From: Ignavibacteriota bacterium
GTDB lineage: Bacteria > Bacteroidota > Ignavibacteria > Palsa-1295
Reading direction: 5' to 3'
Assembly (NCBI GenBank): GCA_963787835.1
Contig: CAWBEI010000002.1
Coordinates: 928,001 to 992,000, forward strand
DNA: 64,000 nucleotides
Each line of letters begins with the position of its first letter. Position 1 is the stretch's first letter. Shown piece by piece: positions 60,009 through 64,000 of the stretch. The notes under the pieces are model-generated. The model was not told where the DNA came from. It searched no databases and saw nothing but the letters and a program-made list of their open reading frames with translations. Position numbers and translations under genes: made by a program.

Positions 60009-60100
60009 CTAGCCGTCTATCCCCGCAAGGCGCAGTCTCTCCGCAAGCTCCAAGGCCTGCGGGGAATCCTTACGGAGTAGGTGATGAAGATGTCAGGCAT
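60009..60100 (-). pseudogene. Frameshifted 5' remnant of a second TIR gene
   Basis: MPDIFITYS / RKDSPQALELAERLR versus MPDIFISYSRKDSQQALALAEQLR of the upstream gene; 1-nt deletion then TAG. Confidence 0.8.
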
Positions 60101-61859
60101 GGGCACCGCTCTTGGCTTCTTTCACGACCTCCGCTTCGAGACGCTTTACTAATTCGGAGTATCGTGCAAACACGGTGGGATCGTTTTTCACATCCTCTTT
60201 ATCAATATTAACCCTGAAGACTTCAATATTTCTGAATCCGGCATCGATCGATCGCTCAAACAGTTCCATCGAGCGCTCGGTTTGGTGTACTGCCATGAAG
60301 ATACAAGCCAGGTTATAATAGGTGTTTCCATCCAGACCTGTTAGTAGTAACACGTGTTCGGCTTCCGCCAAGGATTCCTCGACTTTTCCCGCAAGGTAGA
60401 GCAGTGTCGAATAGCTTAACCGTTGGGTTTGATCCTCTGGATGACGCGCGACATATTTTTCGAGATAAGGCAATGCTCGTTCGGATGCTCGTTTTGCATT
60501 CTCGTGATCGTCCACAGTGTCATACATAATAGCCAGATTGAAATGGGCAGGACGCGATACCGGATTTCTTTCTACAGCTTCTTCAAATGCATCGGCAGCA
60601 TCCCTGGGTTTTGCGAGCACCATATAGGCAAAACCCAAGTGGAACCATCTCATCCAATTGTTGGGCTCGATCTCAACAGCTTTTTTCGACGCAGCGATCG
60701 CCAGTTCCGGATCATTGCGAAAGATATAATAGATCCCGAGCATACTCTGTGTATGCGCAGATCCAGGGTTCAATGCGAGCGCCTTTTCGATGACAACTTT
60801 CGCACGATCCAGCCATTCCTCTGAACGGTCGTAATTGCGGTAATATCCGAGATAGGAATTACCGAGGCTTGCGAGCGCAAGCACGAACTGCGGATCCAGC
60901 GCAACCGCCTGCTCGCCTAATCGTATGGCATTCAACGAGTCCTGTTTGGTATTGCGGTTATCGAATGACATTGCCTGCAAATACAATTCGAATGCGTCGG
61001 AATTATCGGTAGGCCGTTCTTCTATCCGCTTCTCTTCTGACGGAGTAAGCGTGAGCAGCAATCCTTCGGTGATTTCCTTTGCGACTCGTTCCTGAATGTC
61101 GAAGATATCATTCATCACACCACCCTGCTTAAAGTTCCAAAGCGTTTTACCGTCGAACGTATCGACGAGCGTGGCAGAAATACGGATATTGTCGCCGGCT
61201 TTTTGCACTCCACCGGTCACAAGGTAACGAACATCCAGTTCGGCAGCAATTTGTTTTGATTTCAGGCTGCTTTTTTTATATTCTCGCGCGGTCTGCCGGT
61301 CGATCACAAACAGTTTTGACAGCCCCGATAACGTATCGATCAATTCATAGGTAAGACCATCCGAGAACCAATCGTGATCTTTGTTCGGGCTTAGATCTTC
61401 GAACGGAAGCACCGCAAGCCGTCTGGTCAGAATGGTATCTGGCGCAGATTCACGATCTTGTGATAAGCGTTCACTACGGTTAATACCAAGTTTTTTCAAG
61501 GAACGAAGTATCGCATCGAAATCCGATACTCCGGCCCGCTGCAAGCCTGCCAGTTGGTACTTGAAATCACTTGGAAGCACGACCGCTTCCAGTTCGATCG
61601 GAAGGATCGTCCGCTTGGACTCGCTGGCTATGGAAAGTTCTTTGACCACATTATCGCTTGCGATCGAAGCACTGGAGAGGAGAATGATAAATGCCTTTGA
61701 AGACTCGATGGCCTCGACGATCTCTTTGCTCCAGCTTGTCGCTATTTCAATGCCATGCTGATCGATCCATACCTCCATCCCCGACGCGCGAAGTTGTTCC
61801 GCAAGCGCAAGCGCCTGCTGGGAATCTTTGCGGGAGTAGGAGATGAAGATGTCAGGCAT
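60093..61859 (-). CDS. TIR + TolB-like + TPR protein
   Basis: DIFISYSRKD..VWID..SDNVVKEL; LAVLPFEDLS...DGLT.ELI..L; multiple TPRs ending YNLAC. Confidence 0.88.
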   Translation of the reverse strand: MPDIFISYSRKDSQQALALAEQLRASGMEVWIDQHGIEIATSWSKEIVEAIESSKAFIILLSSASIASDNVVKELSIASESKRTILPIELEAVVLPSDFKYQLAGLQRAGVSDFDAILRSLKKLGINRSERLSQDRESAPDTILTRRLAVLPFEDLSPNKDHDWFSDGLTYELIDTLSGLSKLFVIDRQTAREYKKSSLKSKQIAAELDVRYLVTGGVQKAGDNIRISATLVDTFDGKTLWNFKQGGVMNDIFDIQERVAKEITEGLLLTLTPSEEKRIEERPTDNSDAFELYLQAMSFDNRNTKQDSLNAIRLGEQAVALDPQFVLALASLGNSYLGYYRNYDRSEEWLDRAKVVIEKALALNPGSAHTQSMLGIYYIFRNDPELAIAASKKAVEIEPNNWMRWFHLGFAYMVLAKPRDAADAFEEAVERNPVSRPAHFNLAIMYDTVDDHENAKRASERALPYLEKYVARHPEDQTQRLSYSTLLYLAGKVEESLAEAEHVLLLTGLDGNTYYNLACIFMAVHQTERSMELFERSIDAGFRNIEVFRVNIDKEDVKNDPTVFARYSELVKRLEAEVVKEAKSGAHA

Positions 61860-61923
61860 TAATTCGCAGCCCTGCCCGTTAGGGTACAGGATTCGTCGAA
61901 AATAACTTTTGAAGGAACATTCA

Positions 61924-61947
61924 CCGTGACTTAAAAGTCACGGCTAC
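61924..61947. repeat. Single GTAG-type REP
   Basis: CCGTGAC-TTAAAA-GTCACGG-CTAC. Confidence 0.8.
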
Positions 61948-61952
61948 AAACA

Positions 61953-62879
61953 TCATGGTTGAGGCAGGTTCCTTATCGCATTTTTGACGAACCCATCGGA
62001 TTCCGATAAGATGAGTGTCGCTTCTTCCTTCGTGCAATTTCTCAATTGCATCACGATCGCGGTTTTAACATGGCTTCCGCTTTGCGTGAGTAATAGAGTG
62101 GCACGCTCGTAATCGCAATCCGTTGCGAGCATTACGATTCGCTTCGCTCGTTCTTCCAGCTTTTTATTGGTAAGCTGAAGATCGACCATCATATTCTCAT
62201 ATACTTTCCCAAGGCGGACCATGGTAGCGGTGGTGATCATCGTCAGCACCATTTTCTGTGCCAACGCGGATTTCATTCGTGTCGATCCCATTAACACTTC
62301 AGAACCAACTACCGGACAGATCAACGCATTAAGAAATGAATAAGAAATTGATTCCCGTGGGTTCGTCGTGAGCAGTACCGTAAAGGCTCCCAGGATAGAA
62401 GCACGCTCCAAGGCACCGAGCACGAATGGCGTTCGATTACTTGCCGCGATCCCGATCACCATATCTTTTGCGGTAACTCTTCGCAGGTCCATTTCTTTTT
62501 TGCCAACGTCCTGATTATCCTCCGCTCCTTCCTGAGACTGGAACACTGCGTCTTTCCCTCCGGCAATGATAGCCTGTATAAGCTGCGGACGTGTCCCAAA
62601 TGTGGGTGGGCACTCTGCCGCATCGACAACCCCCATCCTGCCGCTGGTCCCGGCACCGACGTAGAAAAGCCGCCCACCATTTTTTATCACTTTGACTAAT
62701 TCCGAGACAACCGCTGTGATGTACGGAATTTCAAGCTCTACGGCAAAGGCGACCTTCCGGTCTTCTGAATTAATGAGGCGGAGAATTTCCTCCGCCGACA
62801 TCTCATCCATGTGCGTCGATGATGGATTCCGTTGCTCGGTTGCTAACTCCTGAACCTGATTGAATATTGATGACGGCAT
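61953..62879 (-). CDS. murQ: N-acetylmuramic acid 6-phosphate etherase
   Basis: TEQRNP, GAGTSGR.GV.DAAECPPTFG, GAED, GSTRMK, NMMVD..TN.KL. Confidence 0.95.
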   Translation of the reverse strand: MPSSIFNQVQELATEQRNPSSTHMDEMSAEEILRLINSEDRKVAFAVELEIPYITAVVSELVKVIKNGGRLFYVGAGTSGRMGVVDAAECPPTFGTRPQLIQAIIAGGKDAVFQSQEGAEDNQDVGKKEMDLRRVTAKDMVIGIAASNRTPFVLGALERASILGAFTVLLTTNPRESISYSFLNALICPVVGSEVLMGSTRMKSALAQKMVLTMITTATMVRLGKVYENMMVDLQLTNKKLEERAKRIVMLATDCDYERATLLLTQSGSHVKTAIVMQLRNCTKEEATLILSESDGFVKNAIRNLPQP

Positions 62880-62926
62880 TTATATAAAAAAGAACTTATT
62901 AATATATAAATATATACTATTTGTAT

Positions 62927-62942
62927 GGTTCCACGTGGAACA
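62927..62942. other. parS centromere-like site
   Basis: GGTTCCACGTGGAACA matches the bacterial parS consensus (TGTTNCACGTGNAACA). Confidence 0.8.
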
Positions 62943-62946
62943 ATTA

Positions 62947-64000
62947 TTAGAAAGCCTTCCTACGTACGGTTGCGAGTAAAATGGCCGCATCCGATGGTGT
63001 AACACCCGCCAGCCTTGATGCCTGCCCAATTGTGCGAGGCTTAACTTTAGCAAAAACCTCACTTGCCTCTTTGCTTATCGATGAAATAGTGTCAAAATCG
63101 AAGCTGTGTGGGATTTCCATATTCTCGCTTTCGGATAATCTTGCTATCTGCTCTCTGTGCCTTTTTATATATCCTTCGTAGGCGATCTCCGTTTCAACCA
63201 TTGTGATAATATCAAGATCCTCTTGAAGGATCTGTTTCATTCTTGAATCCGAGCTGTTGGTAATAAATTCAGTCAAAGACCCATTCTTAGACTTCAATCG
63301 ATTTTTCACGGTATCTCGAACTAATGGCACCTGACTGACAGTGACACGTTCCGATTGGGCCCATTCAATTACTTGGTTTATCAGAGCCTGTTTATTCCTA
63401 ACTCGCTCGATCTCGGAAGAAGTAATTAGTCCATATTTAAATGCTTTATCAGAGAGACGCAAGTCAGCATTGTCCTGCCGCAATAGTAACCGGTGTTCGG
63501 CGCTGGATGTAAAAAGACGATATGGCTCTTCCTGAATCTTGTTGATCAGATCATCGATCATTACCCCAACGTAAGCTTCATCTCTGCCGAGGATGAACTC
63601 AGGCATTTGCTTAAGTTTTGCTGCAGCATTGATTCCAGCGACTAAACCCTGAGCAGCCGCTTCTTCATATCCAGAAGTGCCATTTACCTGTCCTGCAAAA
63701 TAAAGGCCTTCAACGGACTTGCTTTCCAATGTATGATGGAGCTGATATGCTGGGAAATAGTCATACTCGACGGCATATCCGGGCCGGAGCATGATGACAT
63801 ACTCAAGCCCAAGCAATGTTCGCAGTGCCGAAAGCTGAACATCTTCGGGCAAGCTCGTTGAAAATCCGTTTACATAGATTATATCACCATCTTCCTCTTC
63901 TGGCTCCAGGAAAATGTGGTGCTCAGTCTTATCTGCAAACCGGATGATCTTGTCCTCTATCGAGGGACAGTACCGTGGCCCTTTTCCTTGAATCCGGCCA
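62947..64000 (-). CDS. mnmG: tRNA uridine-5-carboxymethylaminomethyl modification enzyme MnmG/GidA, C-terminal part
   Basis: [58 protein letters not shown]. Confidence 0.97.
   Translation of the reverse strand, partial: GRIQGKGPRYCPSIEDKIIRFADKTEHHIFLEPEEEDGDIIYVNGFSTSLPEDVQLSALRTLLGLEYVIMLRPGYAVEYDYFPAYQLHHTLESKSVEGLYFAGQVNGTSGYEEAAAQGLVAGINAAAKLKQMPEFILGRDEAYVGVMIDDLINKIQEEPYRLFTSSAEHRLLLRQDNADLRLSDKAFKYGLITSSEIERVRNKQALINQVIEWAQSERVTVSQVPLVRDTVKNRLKSKNGSLTEFITNSSDSRMKQILQEDLDIITMVETEIAYEGYIKRHREQIARLSESENMEIPHSFDFDTISSISKEASEVFAKVKPRTIGQASRLAGVTPSDAAILLATVRRKAF

Overview
A 64 kb chromosomal window from a bacterium of the Bacteroidota/Chlorobiota/Ignavibacteria/Kapabacteria grade. This is inferred from several T9SS-type C-terminal sorting domains, TAnnTTTG promoter boxes and FISUMP lipoproteins. 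A parS site next to mnmG at the right end suggests it lies near the replication origin. Housekeeping genes include tsaD (partial), uvrC, mce, tRNA-Arg(CCT), livKHM, birA, coaX, priA, uppP, murQ and mnmG (partial). Accessory content includes a tight arsC-aquaporin-MFS-PAP2-crcB-DUF190 operon behind an ArsR-type operator, two MNT/HEPN toxin-antitoxin pairs, and an XRE + C5-methyltransferase + putative endonuclease cassette. There is also a 2016-aa fibre-like secreted protein, T9SS cargo proteins, two putative clan-CD peptidase/FISUMP lipoproteins (one with an in-frame TGA), and a TIR-TPR protein followed by a decayed tandem copy. Most notable non-obvious signals: (i) a 583-bp element bounded by 42-bp terminal inverted repeats that carries only a GxxExxY nuclease, sits inside the liv operon and has a solo end elsewhere; (ii) a ~200-bp promoter-bearing, structured element present twice and encoding a conserved 38/44-aa ORF; (iii) at least five small palindromic repeat families, several of which supply stop codons or are translated in frame.
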